64,000 bases of DNA from Candidatus Omnitrophota bacterium (GTDB lineage: Bacteria > Omnitrophota > Gorgyraeia > Gygaellales > Profunditerraquicolaceae): positions 18,711 to 82,710 of the forward strand of contig JALOQK010000003.1 in assembly GCA_025453395.1 (NCBI GenBank), read 5' to 3'. Below, piece by piece: positions 9,621 to 18,668 of this stretch; within the stretch, counting starts at the first letter, position 1, and each line of letters opens with the position of its first letter. Below the pieces are notes generated by a model. The model was not told the DNA's origin. It searched no databases and was given only the letters and a program-made list of their open reading frames with translations. Position numbers and translations under genes: made by a program.

Positions 9621-11176
9621 TACTTAGCGTATTCAATGACTCGTGTTTCTCTAATAACCGTGACTTTGATCTGCCCCGGATATTCCATACCCTCTTCAAT
9701 CTTTTTTCTTAAATCGCGGGCTAAATTAACTGCTTCACCGTCAGAAATCTTTTCCGGCTGGACAATAACCCGAATTTCACGCCCGGCCTGGATAGCATAT
9801 GTTTTATCTACGCCTTTAAACTGATTAGCAATAGATTCAAGCTGATCCAAACGCTTAATATAAGTTTCTAAGGTTTCTCTGCGCGCTCCGGGACGGGCCG
9901 CGCTTATGGCGTCAGCGGCGATTGCCAAAACCGAAAACATGCTCTTTGGCTCAACCTCTTCGTGATGCGCTTCAACCGCAAGCTGCACTTCAGGCGACTC
10001 ACCGTATTTTTTTAATAACTCCGCGCCGATTTTTGCGTGAGTCCCTTCTACCTGGTGGTCAATGGACTTTCCTAAATCATGCAAAAGCCCGATGCGCCTG
10101 CCCAATTTAAAATCAAGGCCTAATTCCGAGGCCATTACCCCCAACAAATAAGAAACTTCTTTGGAATGCTGTAAGGCATTCTGCCCAAAACTGGTGCGGT
10201 ATTTCAGTCGGCCCAGGAGTTTTACAATTTCCGGATTAAGCCCGGAGACTCCGGAGTCAAAGGCCGCTCGTTCACCTTCTTCGCGGATCTTTTCGTTCAT
10301 TTCCTTTTTGGCCTTTTCCACAACCTCTTCAATTCTGCCCGGATGTATTCTTCCGTCGGAAATCAACCGCTCCAGCGCCATGCGCGCGGTCTCACGCCGG
10401 ACCACATCAAAACAAGACAAAGTCACCGCTTCCGGGGTATCATCAATAATCACATCTACCCCTGTGGCCATTTCAAAGGCGCGGATATTTCTTCCTTCGC
10501 GGCCGATAACTCTTCCTTTCATTTCGTCGCTTGGCAGCATAACTACGCTTACTGTTGATTCAGTGGTCTGGTCTGCCGCGCAACGCTGAATAGCCAAACT
10601 TATAATTTCACGCGCCTTTTTATCGGCGATACTCTTGGCTTCTTCTTCGCCTTTTTTAATAAACCCCGCTTTTTCCTGGGCCAATTCTTCGTTTAAACGG
10701 TTGAGAAGTATCTGCTTGGCTTCTTCGGCAGAAAGAGAAGAAATTTTTTGCAGCCTTTCTTTTTCTTCGGCAATAAGCATCCCCAACTGCGCGTCTTTTG
10801 CTTTAAGAGATTCCTCGATCTTGCGGCTGTTATCAAACTTCTGGTCTATTTCTTTTTCTTTTCTTTCCAAAAGGTCAAGCCTGCGGTCAATATTTTCTTC
10901 TTTTTGGGTCAGGCGCTTTTCGGCATTGGCGATTTCCTGCCTTCTGTCCTGAGTCTGGCGCTCAAAATCCTGACGCATGCGATAGAGAAGGTCTTTTCCT
11001 TCAAGCTCTATTTCCCGCCTTTTCTCCTGGACTTCTTTTTTCGCCTGCTCAACGATATTTTTTGCCTGTACTTCTGCATCCTGTATTTTCTTTTCCGCCC
11101 AATATTTGCGCAGCGTATATCCGGCAAGCAAAGACACCCCGGCAGTGGTCAAAGCGATAATAATCACTAATGGCAT
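9620..11176 (-). CDS. rny: Ribonuclease Y
   Basis: N-terminal TM, coiled coil, KH ([12 protein letters not shown]), HD (LLHDLGK), [10 protein letters not shown]. Confidence 0.97.
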   Translation of the reverse strand: MPLVIIIALTTAGVSLLAGYTLRKYWAEKKIQDAEVQAKNIVEQAKKEVQEKRREIELEGKDLLYRMRQDFERQTQDRRQEIANAEKRLTQKEENIDRRLDLLERKEKEIDQKFDNSRKIEESLKAKDAQLGMLIAEEKERLQKISSLSAEEAKQILLNRLNEELAQEKAGFIKKGEEEAKSIADKKAREIISLAIQRCAADQTTESTVSVVMLPSDEMKGRVIGREGRNIRAFEMATGVDVIIDDTPEAVTLSCFDVVRRETARMALERLISDGRIHPGRIEEVVEKAKKEMNEKIREEGERAAFDSGVSGLNPEIVKLLGRLKYRTSFGQNALQHSKEVSYLLGVMASELGLDFKLGRRIGLLHDLGKSIDHQVEGTHAKIGAELLKKYGESPEVQLAVEAHHEEVEPKSMFSVLAIAADAISAARPGARRETLETYIKRLDQLESIANQFKGVDKTYAIQAGREIRVIVQPEKISDGEAVNLARDLRKKIEEGMEYPGQIKVTVIRETRVIEYAK

Positions 11177-11216
11177 GGTAACACCTACCTCCTTTTGTCT
11201 TTAAAATAGGGAGAGC

Positions 11217-11777
11217 TTAGGCGAAAATAACTTTATTGACTTTGGTATCGCGTGAGGAAACAGGAAGACGAGGTAAAATCTGGAATTTATATGCCAGCCC
11301 GATGCTGCGCGCGGCGGGTGAAAGCTTCTTTAAGAAATAGTCATAACACCCCTTGCCTCTGCCTAAACGGTTTCCTTGACGGTCAAAGGCCAATCCCGGC
11401 ACAATAACCAGGTCCAGGTCCTTCGCCCCGATCAACCTTTCTTGGGCAGGCTGCAATACCGCGTACGGCCCCTTAGTCAACTGCGGTTTAACCGCTAATA
11501 AACAGGGGCGCATTAACTTTCTATTTTGCCGGCAAAACGGAACAGCCACGATCTTACCTAGTTTTCTAGCTTTTTTAATCATCTCTTCTGTTTCAACCTC
11601 ACCACCAAAAGCAAGATAAAACATTACTATTTTCGCCTTCTGAAAAAGCCGGCTTTTTAAAAGCTTGGCCTTAATAACCTTGCTTTTCTTTTCACCCTCC
11701 TTATGGGTTTTTAATTGTAAGAGCATTTTACTACGTATTACCTGCTTTGTCAATTGCTTGGAACTCTTCTTTACCAT
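11217..11777 (-). CDS. 5-formyltetrahydrofolate cyclo-ligase
   Basis: DLVIVPGLAFD...RLGRGKGCYD; start uncertain. Confidence 0.92.
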   Translation of the reverse strand: MVKKSSKQLTKQVIRSKMLLQLKTHKEGEKKSKVIKAKLLKSRLFQKAKIVMFYLAFGGEVETEEMIKKARKLGKIVAVPFCRQNRKLMRPCLLAVKPQLTKGPYAVLQPAQERLIGAKDLDLVIVPGLAFDRQGNRLGRGKGCYDYFLKKLSPAARSIGLAYKFQILPRLPVSSRDTKVNKVIFA

Positions 11778-11790
11778 GGTTTTGATGCCT

Positions 11791-12441
11791 TTAAACAAGG
11801 ACTTTCTTGCGCGGACGCAGGGATTTTGAATAGTCCCGGGCCGGGCGCATCTTCTTATAATTATCCATTGTCTTATTTTTCTCTAATTGCTTATAAATAA
11901 GTACCCAGGCGCAGTCTTTTTCCGGATCAGTTTCGCATTTACCCTTGTTCATGCCTCCGCAAGGGCCGTTCAAGAGGCCCTTGGCGCACAAAGTTACCGG
12001 GCAAATCCCGCCGGTAGATGCCAAGACGCATTCGGCGCACAAAGAACACTTCTCTAAAAACTCTCCTTTGGCATTCATTGCCGCGGTAAAACATGTGTCA
12101 TTGCCGGGGACCACTGCCAGATTAAAGCGGTCGTTGTCTTTTACCGACTGAACTCCTAGGCCGCAGGAAAGCACCAAACAAGCTTCGGCTTGGCGCAATT
12201 CCGCCATATGCTTGGCCATTTCCGACTTAAGTTTTGCCGCAATACAAGGCGCCTCCGGAATGCAAGAACCAACCACGAGCTTGCCTTGTTTTTCAAGCTC
12301 TTGACGCATATTAACCACCTCTTCTACGCCGCCGGTCTTGCAGGTAGTAGAACATTCACCACAACCCACAATAAATACCTTGGTGTATCCTTGTAAGCTA
12401 TCTATAATCTCTGCAATAGTTTTCTTCTCTGTTACAACCAT
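11791..12441 (-). CDS. MetV-like / MTHFR C-terminal domain Zn/Fe-S protein
   Basis: GCGECSTTCKTGG, SCGLGVQ, CPVTLCAKGLLNGPCGG, DCAWV; GAGGAG RBS before ATG 12441. Confidence 0.85.
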   Translation of the reverse strand: MVVTEKKTIAEIIDSLQGYTKVFIVGCGECSTTCKTGGVEEVVNMRQELEKQGKLVVGSCIPEAPCIAAKLKSEMAKHMAELRQAEACLVLSCGLGVQSVKDNDRFNLAVVPGNDTCFTAAMNAKGEFLEKCSLCAECVLASTGGICPVTLCAKGLLNGPCGGMNKGKCETDPEKDCAWVLIYKQLEKNKTMDNYKKMRPARDYSKSLRPRKKVLV

Positions 12442-12581
12442 AATTGCTCCTCTAAAAATTATTCTAACACCCTTTACCAGGCGCGGCAAGCAAAAACTAC
12501 CTAAACATAGCCTAAAAAATATTGTAAGGTTTGAGCGGGCCATGCGTCTATTAAGGCAAGGAGGGAAAATTTAAAAATAAC

Positions 12582-12610
12582 TTGACAATACACCAAAAAT
12601 AGTGTAAACT
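12582..12610 (+). promoter_or_regulatory. Sigma70-type promoter of TA operon
   Basis: TTGACA-17 nt-TAAACT just upstream of the toxin ATG; weak inverted repeat TACAC...GTGTA in the spacer. Confidence 0.6.
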
Positions 12611-12614
12611 TAAA

Positions 12615-12989
12615 ATGGTAGATATATTTCGGTATCAGATATTATTTTATCAAACAGCAAACGGCAGTTGCCCCACAGAAGATTTTCTAAACAGCTTGCC
12701 GGTAAAAGTACGAACCAAGATCAGTCGTTGGATTGAACGATTAGAGATCTGTGGGCCGGATTTACCCAGGCCTTATGCTGATATAATAAGAGATAAAATT
12801 CGCGAACTAAGAATTGTCTTTGCGTCACAGCAATATAGATTACTTTACTTCTTCCACGGCAGATATATTGTCATTACCCATGGCTTTATAAAGAAAACTA
12901 GCGGGGTGCCGATACAGGAAATGGAAAAAGCGCAAAATATAATCGTGGATTTTCAATTTAGAATAAGAAATGGAGATATAATTATATGA
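12615..12989 (+). CDS. Type II toxin, RelE/HigB (Gp49-like)
   Basis: GPDLPRPYAD...IRELR...YRLLYFF...ITHGFIKKT; ATGA overlap with HTH gene. Confidence 0.85.
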   Translation: MVDIFRYQILFYQTANGSCPTEDFLNSLPVKVRTKISRWIERLEICGPDLPRPYADIIRDKIRELRIVFASQQYRLLYFFHGRYIVITHGFIKKTSGVPIQEMEKAQNIIVDFQFRIRNGDIII

Positions 12990-13270
12990 AAGGCGTAAAG
13001 AAATTTTCTTCATATCTAAAAGAACAGCTAAAAAACGAAACCTTTCGTAAGGCCTACGAAGAAGAGGGGATCTACGTGGATATCGCTGTCAAAATAGCCC
13101 TGCTCAGGAAAAATAATAATTACAGTCAGAAAGATTTAGCCAAATTACTGCGCACAACTCAACAAACTGTTTCCCGTTTGGAAAACCCAAGAAACAACAG
13201 CCTTTCTATTAATACGCTTATCCGGCTCGCCGCGCTTTTCAAAAAAGAACTACGTATAGAATTTGTGTAA
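12986..13270 (+). CDS. XRE-family HTH antitoxin (HigA-like)
   Basis: LRKNNNYSQKDLAKLLRTTQQTVSRLE HTH; follows toxin. Confidence 0.85.
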   Translation: MKGVKKFSSYLKEQLKNETFRKAYEEEGIYVDIAVKIALLRKNNNYSQKDLAKLLRTTQQTVSRLENPRNNSLSINTLIRLAALFKKELRIEFV

Positions 13271-13278
13271 ATATTGAC

Positions 13279-13311
13279 AAAAAAGGCGCCTTGCAAAAAG
13301 CGCCTTTTTTA
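13279..13311. terminator. Bidirectional intrinsic terminator
   Basis: AAAAAAGGCGC-loop-GCGCCTTTTTT between convergent antitoxin and rarA. Confidence 0.75.
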
Positions 13312-14634
13312 TTGCTTACCGTCGCGCAGTTTGTCTAATCTTTGTTTTATTTTTGCTTCGTGGCCGATGTCAGTGGGTTCGTAATAGCGAACAGTTTTCT
13401 TGGTGTATTTTTGTTTGACGTAGTGATCAGGAAAATCATGGGCGTATTTATAATCTTTGCCATGGCCAAGTTTATCGCCGTCCATAGTCGCGTCTTTTAA
13501 ATGATCCGGCACTTCCTGCACTTTGTTACTGGCGATATCTGCCAGCGCCTTTTCTATGGCCAAATAGCTGGCATTGGATTTAGGCGCGCTTGAGACATAA
13601 ACACAAGCCTGCGCCAAAGGAATCCTTGCCTCGGGCATGCCGATAAATTCTGAAATCTGCAAAGCCGCGTTTGCTAAAACTAAAGCTAATGGATCGGCAT
13701 TTCCCACGTCCTCGGAAGCTAAAATACAGATCCTTCTGGCGATAAAACGAGGATCTTCTCCGGCGTAAAGCATCTTGGCCATCCAATACAGCGCCGCGTC
13801 CGGGTCGCTTCCGCGCATAGACTTAATAAACGCTGATGCGGTATCATAATGCGCGTCTTCGTCTTTATCATAAACCACGGGTTTTTTCTGAATAGATTCT
13901 GAGGCTACCTCTAAATCAAATTTTACTGCGCCGTCTTTATCTTTAGGCGTAGTTAATGCTCCAACTTCTAAAGCATTTAACGCTCTTCGTGCATCACCCT
14001 CGCAGACCTTGGCTAAAAATTCCAGCGCTTTTTTATCTGCCCTAATCTTTAAGCTGCCTAAACCTCTATCTTTATCTTTTAACGCGGCATTTAAAACCGC
14101 TAAAATATCTTTTTCCTTTAATGCCTTTAATTCGCAGACCAAAGACCGGGAAATAAGAGGCGCGGCGATAGAGAAAAACGGATTGTGTACGGTTGCTCCG
14201 ATAAGAATTACATTCCCCTCTTCTACGTCGGGCAGTAAAACATCTTGTTGGGCTTTATTAAAGCGGTGGATCTCATCAATAAAAAGAATGGTCTTTTTGC
14301 CAAGCGCGGATTTGCTATGCTTTGCCTGATTAATGATTTTTCTTAATTCTTCAACGTTAGAGGTGGTGGCATTAATAGAAACATGGTTAGCCTGTGTAAC
14401 ATTAGCAATGCACCAGGCAAGAGAAGTCTTACCGCATCCGGGGGGCCCAAATAAAATTACCGAGCTTACTCTATCTGCTTCAATAGCCCGGCGCAAAAGT
14501 TTGCCTTTACCTACAATATGCTCTTGCCCAATAAAATCATCTAGGCGCACAGGACGCATGCGCACAGAAAGCGGACGGTTCTTGATATTTTCGGGTTTGG
14601 TTTCAGAGAAAAAATCGGAAGGGTTAGTTGTCAT
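13309..14634 (-). CDS. rarA: Replication-associated recombination protein A
   Basis: RMRP, GPPGCGKT, DEIHRFNKAQQD, SAFIKSMRGSDPDAA, SEDVGNADP. Confidence 0.96.
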   Translation of the reverse strand: MTTNPSDFFSETKPENIKNRPLSVRMRPVRLDDFIGQEHIVGKGKLLRRAIEADRVSSVILFGPPGCGKTSLAWCIANVTQANHVSINATTSNVEELRKIINQAKHSKSALGKKTILFIDEIHRFNKAQQDVLLPDVEEGNVILIGATVHNPFFSIAAPLISRSLVCELKALKEKDILAVLNAALKDKDRGLGSLKIRADKKALEFLAKVCEGDARRALNALEVGALTTPKDKDGAVKFDLEVASESIQKKPVVYDKDEDAHYDTASAFIKSMRGSDPDAALYWMAKMLYAGEDPRFIARRICILASEDVGNADPLALVLANAALQISEFIGMPEARIPLAQACVYVSSAPKSNASYLAIEKALADIASNKVQEVPDHLKDATMDGDKLGHGKDYKYAHDFPDHYVKQKYTKKTVRYYEPTDIGHEAKIKQRLDKLRDGKQ

Positions 14635-14643
14635 GTTAAAACT

Positions 14644-14850
14644 TGGTTATCCCTCTGCGCCTGCGGCGCATCGGGATTTTTCGCAGACGGCACTAACGAA
14701 TATTTTATTTGCTCTGCTTGCCTGCTCCGATACTAAAACGCTTCGGAAATTGAAGAACGAAACGATATCACTTTCCTCGCAAGTATCGGAGTTAATTCGC
14801 GCATATAACTTACTTCGTGCTTCGCGCTCAGTAAGTTATGCGCTCATTAA
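14644..14850 (-). repeat. Structured multi-hairpin element A (tandem-GA motif family) 3' of 6S RNA
   Basis: Hairpins 14792-14850, 14725-14791 and 14649-14677; motifs shared with element at 60981-61129. Confidence 0.65.
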
Positions 14851-14854
14851 AAAA

Positions 14855-15010
14855 AATCCCCGCGCTTTGTGGCGTTGGCTTCGATTGGTTGAACCCCTTG
14901 ATCACGTGGGGCTGCCTCCGGACGCCCAAAGCGCCGCTAGAAGGTAAATAGCCCCATTTTATAGGTGTTGGATCACCAATCAAAATACCTGACGCGCACC
15001 GCAGGGAATC
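14855..15010 (-). ncRNA. ssrS: 6S RNA
   Basis: Terminal stem ATTCCCTGCG/CGCGGGGATT, inner stem GATTGGTGATCC/GGGGTTCAACCAATC, 6S-like TGATCAAGGGGTTCAA; located after pheT and upstream of the cyclo-ligase/rny genes. Confidence 0.8.
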
Positions 15011-15063
15011 TATAATAACAACTTCTAACAAAAGTATAGCATATCCTCTGCGGAAAAACAAGA

Positions 15064-17082
15064 TTAGCGAATCTGGGCGGAAAGCGCTTGTGTCAAAGCC
15101 TGCACAACGCAGGCGTGTATAGGGCTAACCTCTAGGTCAGTCAAAGTGCGATTCGGCAAACGATAGACGCAGGAAACAGTGAAATTCTTGCATCCCTGCG
15201 GGATCTGCTTACCGCGGTAAATATCTGTAATCTTTACTTGCTCAAGCAATAACCCTGCTGTCTTGTGCGCCAAATCCGTAATTTGCTTGAAACTGATATT
15301 TTCCTGCACGACAAAACTTATATCCCGGCAGATAGCGGGAAAAATAGACACGGGGACAAACTTCTTTTCCGGCAACGCTTGCATTAATATTTCTTCCAGA
15401 GAAATTTGCGCGGCGTAAACTTCTTGATACTTAACATCCATCGCCTCAAGCGCTGCCGAGGAAACTTTAACAAATTGGCCTATTTCTTTTGAATTTAATT
15501 TAACCTTAAACCCTGCGGTTGTTTCATTGAATAAGATTTCCGGTTGGGCTATGCCTAAACCGGAAAATAAATTCTGGATTATCCCCTTAAGGCGTAAAAA
15601 ACCTTCCTTAATATTTACTACCGCCTCTTGCGTGACAACTGATTTCTTGCCGCAAAGAACAAGCCCTAAAACCAGCTCTTCGTTATTGCCGGCGGTATAA
15701 ATTTTCCCCACCTCAAATAACTCTACCAGGGGCTGTTTTTGTTTCAAATTCAATGCCGCGGCCCGGACAAGAGAAGCAATGATGCACGGCCGCAAAAATT
15801 CCTGCTCCTCGCTTAAGGGATTCACTAATCTGGCGGCTTCATCTACGGGCCAAGAAAACAATTCTAAAAGTTTTCGGTCAATTAATGTATAGGTAATTGC
15901 TTCATTTACGCCTTGCGCGATAAGGATATTCTTTGTTTTACTAATAATATCAAAACGCGTACGTGCACGCGGTTGGGGTTTGACATAGGGAACTTCCGCG
16001 GGAATATTTTCAATCCCGAAGATACGCGCGATCTCTTCTATGAGATCTACCTCTTCTTCCACGTCCTGGCGCGCCGATGGCACTGTCACGGAAAAACATG
16101 TTTTTGACCCCTTTACTCCAAAACCTAATGCCGCTAAGATATTTTTCATTAGTGCTGGCGAAATGCTTGCGCCCAAAATTCTTTGCACAGAAGAGTAATT
16201 TACCGAAATCGTTTTTTTAAGAATCTTGGTTGCGCCTTTTTCACGCGCGCAAATTAAATTGCCTCCGGCCAGCTGAATGATCATGCGCGCGGCATAATCC
16301 GAAGAAACCAGCGCAGTCTGGGTATCTATGCCGCGCTCAAAACGGTAAGAAGAATCCGTTTGCATCCCCAACTTTCTTCTTGCTCTTCTTATAAGAACTG
16401 GGTCGAAAATCGCTGCTTCTAAAAGAATATTACGCGTAGATGCGGTTACCTCGGTACTTTTACCGCCCATGATCCCGGCAACAGCTTGGGCCTGTTGTTT
16501 ATCCGCAATAACCAAGATATCTTTATCCAGCTTGCGAAATACGCCGTCGATAGTCACCAATTGCTCGCCAGCATTGGCGCGGCGCACTTCTATTTCGTAA
16601 GAGGCCAGTTTATCCGCATCAAAGGCGTGTAAGGGTTCGCCATATGTAAACATGGCATAATTAGTAATATCCACAACGTTGTTGATACTGCGGCAACCGA
16701 TTAATTCCAGGCGCTTCTTAAGCCACTCAGGCGACACCCCCACAGAAACCCCTTTGATAATTTTAGCCGTATAAAGCGAACAATCTTTCTTGTCTTCAAT
16801 GGTTATTTTTACGCCCTGATTTTCTTTTGGTTTTTGTATTTTTATTTTTTCATTTTTAATTTTTAATTTTGAATTTGTAACTGCCGCTGCTTCCCTTGCC
16901 ACACCTATAACGCTTAACCAATCCGGGCGGTTTGAGGTAATCTCAATCTCAAAAACAAAATCCCCGTCTTTCTCCTCAACGGCCTTAACCTCTAACCCTG
17001 CCATGGTCAGGCGCCGGGCTAATTCCAGGGGAGAAGTTTTAATCCCCACAAAATCCTTAAGCCAATTATAGATAAGCTTCAT
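15064..17082 (-). CDS. pheT: Phenylalanine--tRNA ligase beta subunit (short form lacking B2 OB domain)
   Basis: EITSNRPDWLSVIGVARE, NNVVDITNY, SYRFERG, DLIEEIARI, RDISF. Confidence 0.95.
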   Translation of the reverse strand: MKLIYNWLKDFVGIKTSPLELARRLTMAGLEVKAVEEKDGDFVFEIEITSNRPDWLSVIGVAREAAAVTNSKLKIKNEKIKIQKPKENQGVKITIEDKKDCSLYTAKIIKGVSVGVSPEWLKKRLELIGCRSINNVVDITNYAMFTYGEPLHAFDADKLASYEIEVRRANAGEQLVTIDGVFRKLDKDILVIADKQQAQAVAGIMGGKSTEVTASTRNILLEAAIFDPVLIRRARRKLGMQTDSSYRFERGIDTQTALVSSDYAARMIIQLAGGNLICAREKGATKILKKTISVNYSSVQRILGASISPALMKNILAALGFGVKGSKTCFSVTVPSARQDVEEEVDLIEEIARIFGIENIPAEVPYVKPQPRARTRFDIISKTKNILIAQGVNEAITYTLIDRKLLELFSWPVDEAARLVNPLSEEQEFLRPCIIASLVRAAALNLKQKQPLVELFEVGKIYTAGNNEELVLGLVLCGKKSVVTQEAVVNIKEGFLRLKGIIQNLFSGLGIAQPEILFNETTAGFKVKLNSKEIGQFVKVSSAALEAMDVKYQEVYAAQISLEEILMQALPEKKFVPVSIFPAICRDISFVVQENISFKQITDLAHKTAGLLLEQVKITDIYRGKQIPQGCKNFTVSCVYRLPNRTLTDLEVSPIHACVVQALTQALSAQIR

Positions 17083-17085
17083 ATT

Positions 17086-18120
17086 TTAAAATTGTTTTAG
17101 GAATCTTAAATCGTTCTCAAAAAATAAGCGGATATCATCAATGCCGTACTTTAACATAGCAATGCGCTCCACCCCCATGCCGAAAGCAAATCCGCTGTAT
17201 ATTTTATGGTTGTAGCCGACGTGTTTAAAAACATTAGGATGCACCATCCCGGCGCCTAAAATCTCAAGCCACTTTTTCTTGCCGCAGACTGAACATCCCT
17301 TCCCCTGACAGATAATACAGGAAATATCCACCTCCACTGACGGCTCGGTAAAAGGAAAGAAATGCGGCCTAAAGCGCATGGTAATATGTTTACCAAACAC
17401 CGCTTTTGCAAATTCCTCAAGCGCGCCTTTTAAGTGCGCCAAGGTAATATGTTTATCCACTACCAAGCCTTCAACCTGATGGAACATAAAAGAGTGGCTG
17501 GCATCCACCGCGTCTGGGCGATAAACCCTGCCCGGAACCACAACTGACAAAGCAGGCTTGCGTGATTTCATTAAGCGTACCTGCGCTGGCGAGGTGTGGC
17601 TTCTTAAAAGAAGTTTTTCATTGCTGCCGGCATTAGGCTTTAAATAAAAAGTATCAAAGGCATCCCGCGAAGGATGATCAAGCGGGATATTAAGGCCAGT
17701 AAAATTATTAAACTCGGTTTCTATTTCCGGGCCATCCTCTATAGAAAATCCCATACGCGAAAACACATTACAGATTTCATCAATAACTTGAGTAATCGGA
17801 TGAAGATTGCCTATATCGCAAGCTATCCCGGGCATGCTTATATCCACTGCTGCCTGGTTTCCCTTATGAGCGCCGGAAACCATGTCTTTTTGCTTCTGGT
17901 CAAAAAGCTCGGCTAATTCATTTTTCAAAACATTAGCTGCCTGTCCGAATGCCGCGCGCTCTTCTACAGGAAGACTGGGGATAACGCTCATCAACTGCGC
18001 TAAAAGCCCTTTTCTTCCTAAGTATTTAACGCGTAACGCCTCCAGGGCCTGTTTGTCGCTGACAGATATTAATTCCTGCTCTGCCTGCTGTTTGATTTCT
18101 TCACAGTTAGTATTTCCCAT
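17086..18120 (-). CDS. pheS: Phenylalanine--tRNA ligase alpha subunit
   Basis: LLRSHTS, FHQVEGL, FPFTEPS, GFAFGMGVER. Confidence 0.97.
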   Translation of the reverse strand: MGNTNCEEIKQQAEQELISVSDKQALEALRVKYLGRKGLLAQLMSVIPSLPVEERAAFGQAANVLKNELAELFDQKQKDMVSGAHKGNQAAVDISMPGIACDIGNLHPITQVIDEICNVFSRMGFSIEDGPEIETEFNNFTGLNIPLDHPSRDAFDTFYLKPNAGSNEKLLLRSHTSPAQVRLMKSRKPALSVVVPGRVYRPDAVDASHSFMFHQVEGLVVDKHITLAHLKGALEEFAKAVFGKHITMRFRPHFFPFTEPSVEVDISCIICQGKGCSVCGKKKWLEILGAGMVHPNVFKHVGYNHKIYSGFAFGMGVERIAMLKYGIDDIRLFFENDLRFLKQF

Positions 18121-18131
18121 ATTTTCTAATA

Positions 18132-18668
18132 TCAGCGTTTATTAAGCGCCCAGCCTAAGATTAAAATCAAAATGAACCCCGCAAAAAGCGTAATGGCTAA
18201 TTTTGTTTTAAATTTATCAAGGTCTTCTATAATTTTAGCACCGTCTTGGATCTTACGCAAAGATAAAACATGAATATCCAAATCTCCCCCATGCTGCTTA
18301 CACGCATTATTAAACACGCCGGTTATTTCGATAATATCGCCTTTGTGCTTATAATCAGCGCAAAAATTAATCTGGCGCGACAAATCTAACGGCATCCACG
18401 CTCCAATAGCATTGTTTCCCTCTAGAATATTGACCCAAGAAAACTCGCCCCTTGGCATAACTTCCCCAACGGCTTCACCCTTGTAAACCACGATTTTTCC
18501 GTCGTAGAATTTGGCATTCTTGATTAAATCGTTACTTGACACAGCCTGAGCAAAACAAGTAAGCGCAAAACTACAAGCGAAAAACGCAAAACTAAAACTT
18601 AAAATGTAAAGTTTTAAATTTTTAATTATGGTTTTGCGCTTTGCATTTTTCATTTTTAATTTATTCAT
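18132..18668 (-). CDS. Exported/membrane-anchored OB-fold-like hypothetical protein
   Basis: N-terminal signal-like segment, beta-rich core (YDGKIV..GEAVG...GDIIEITGVF...HGGDLDIH), C-terminal TM; ATGA overlap with trkH. Confidence 0.65.
   Translation of the reverse strand: MNKLKMKNAKRKTIIKNLKLYILSFSFAFFACSFALTCFAQAVSSNDLIKNAKFYDGKIVVYKGEAVGEVMPRGEFSWVNILEGNNAIGAWMPLDLSRQINFCADYKHKGDIIEITGVFNNACKQHGGDLDIHVLSLRKIQDGAKIIEDLDKFKTKLAITLFAGFILILILGWALNKR

Noticed and set aside
14333-15061. ORFs 14333-14947(+) and 14828-15061(-), including a possible zapA
   Set aside because: Antisense to rarA or overlapping 6S RNA; no ZapA similarity.
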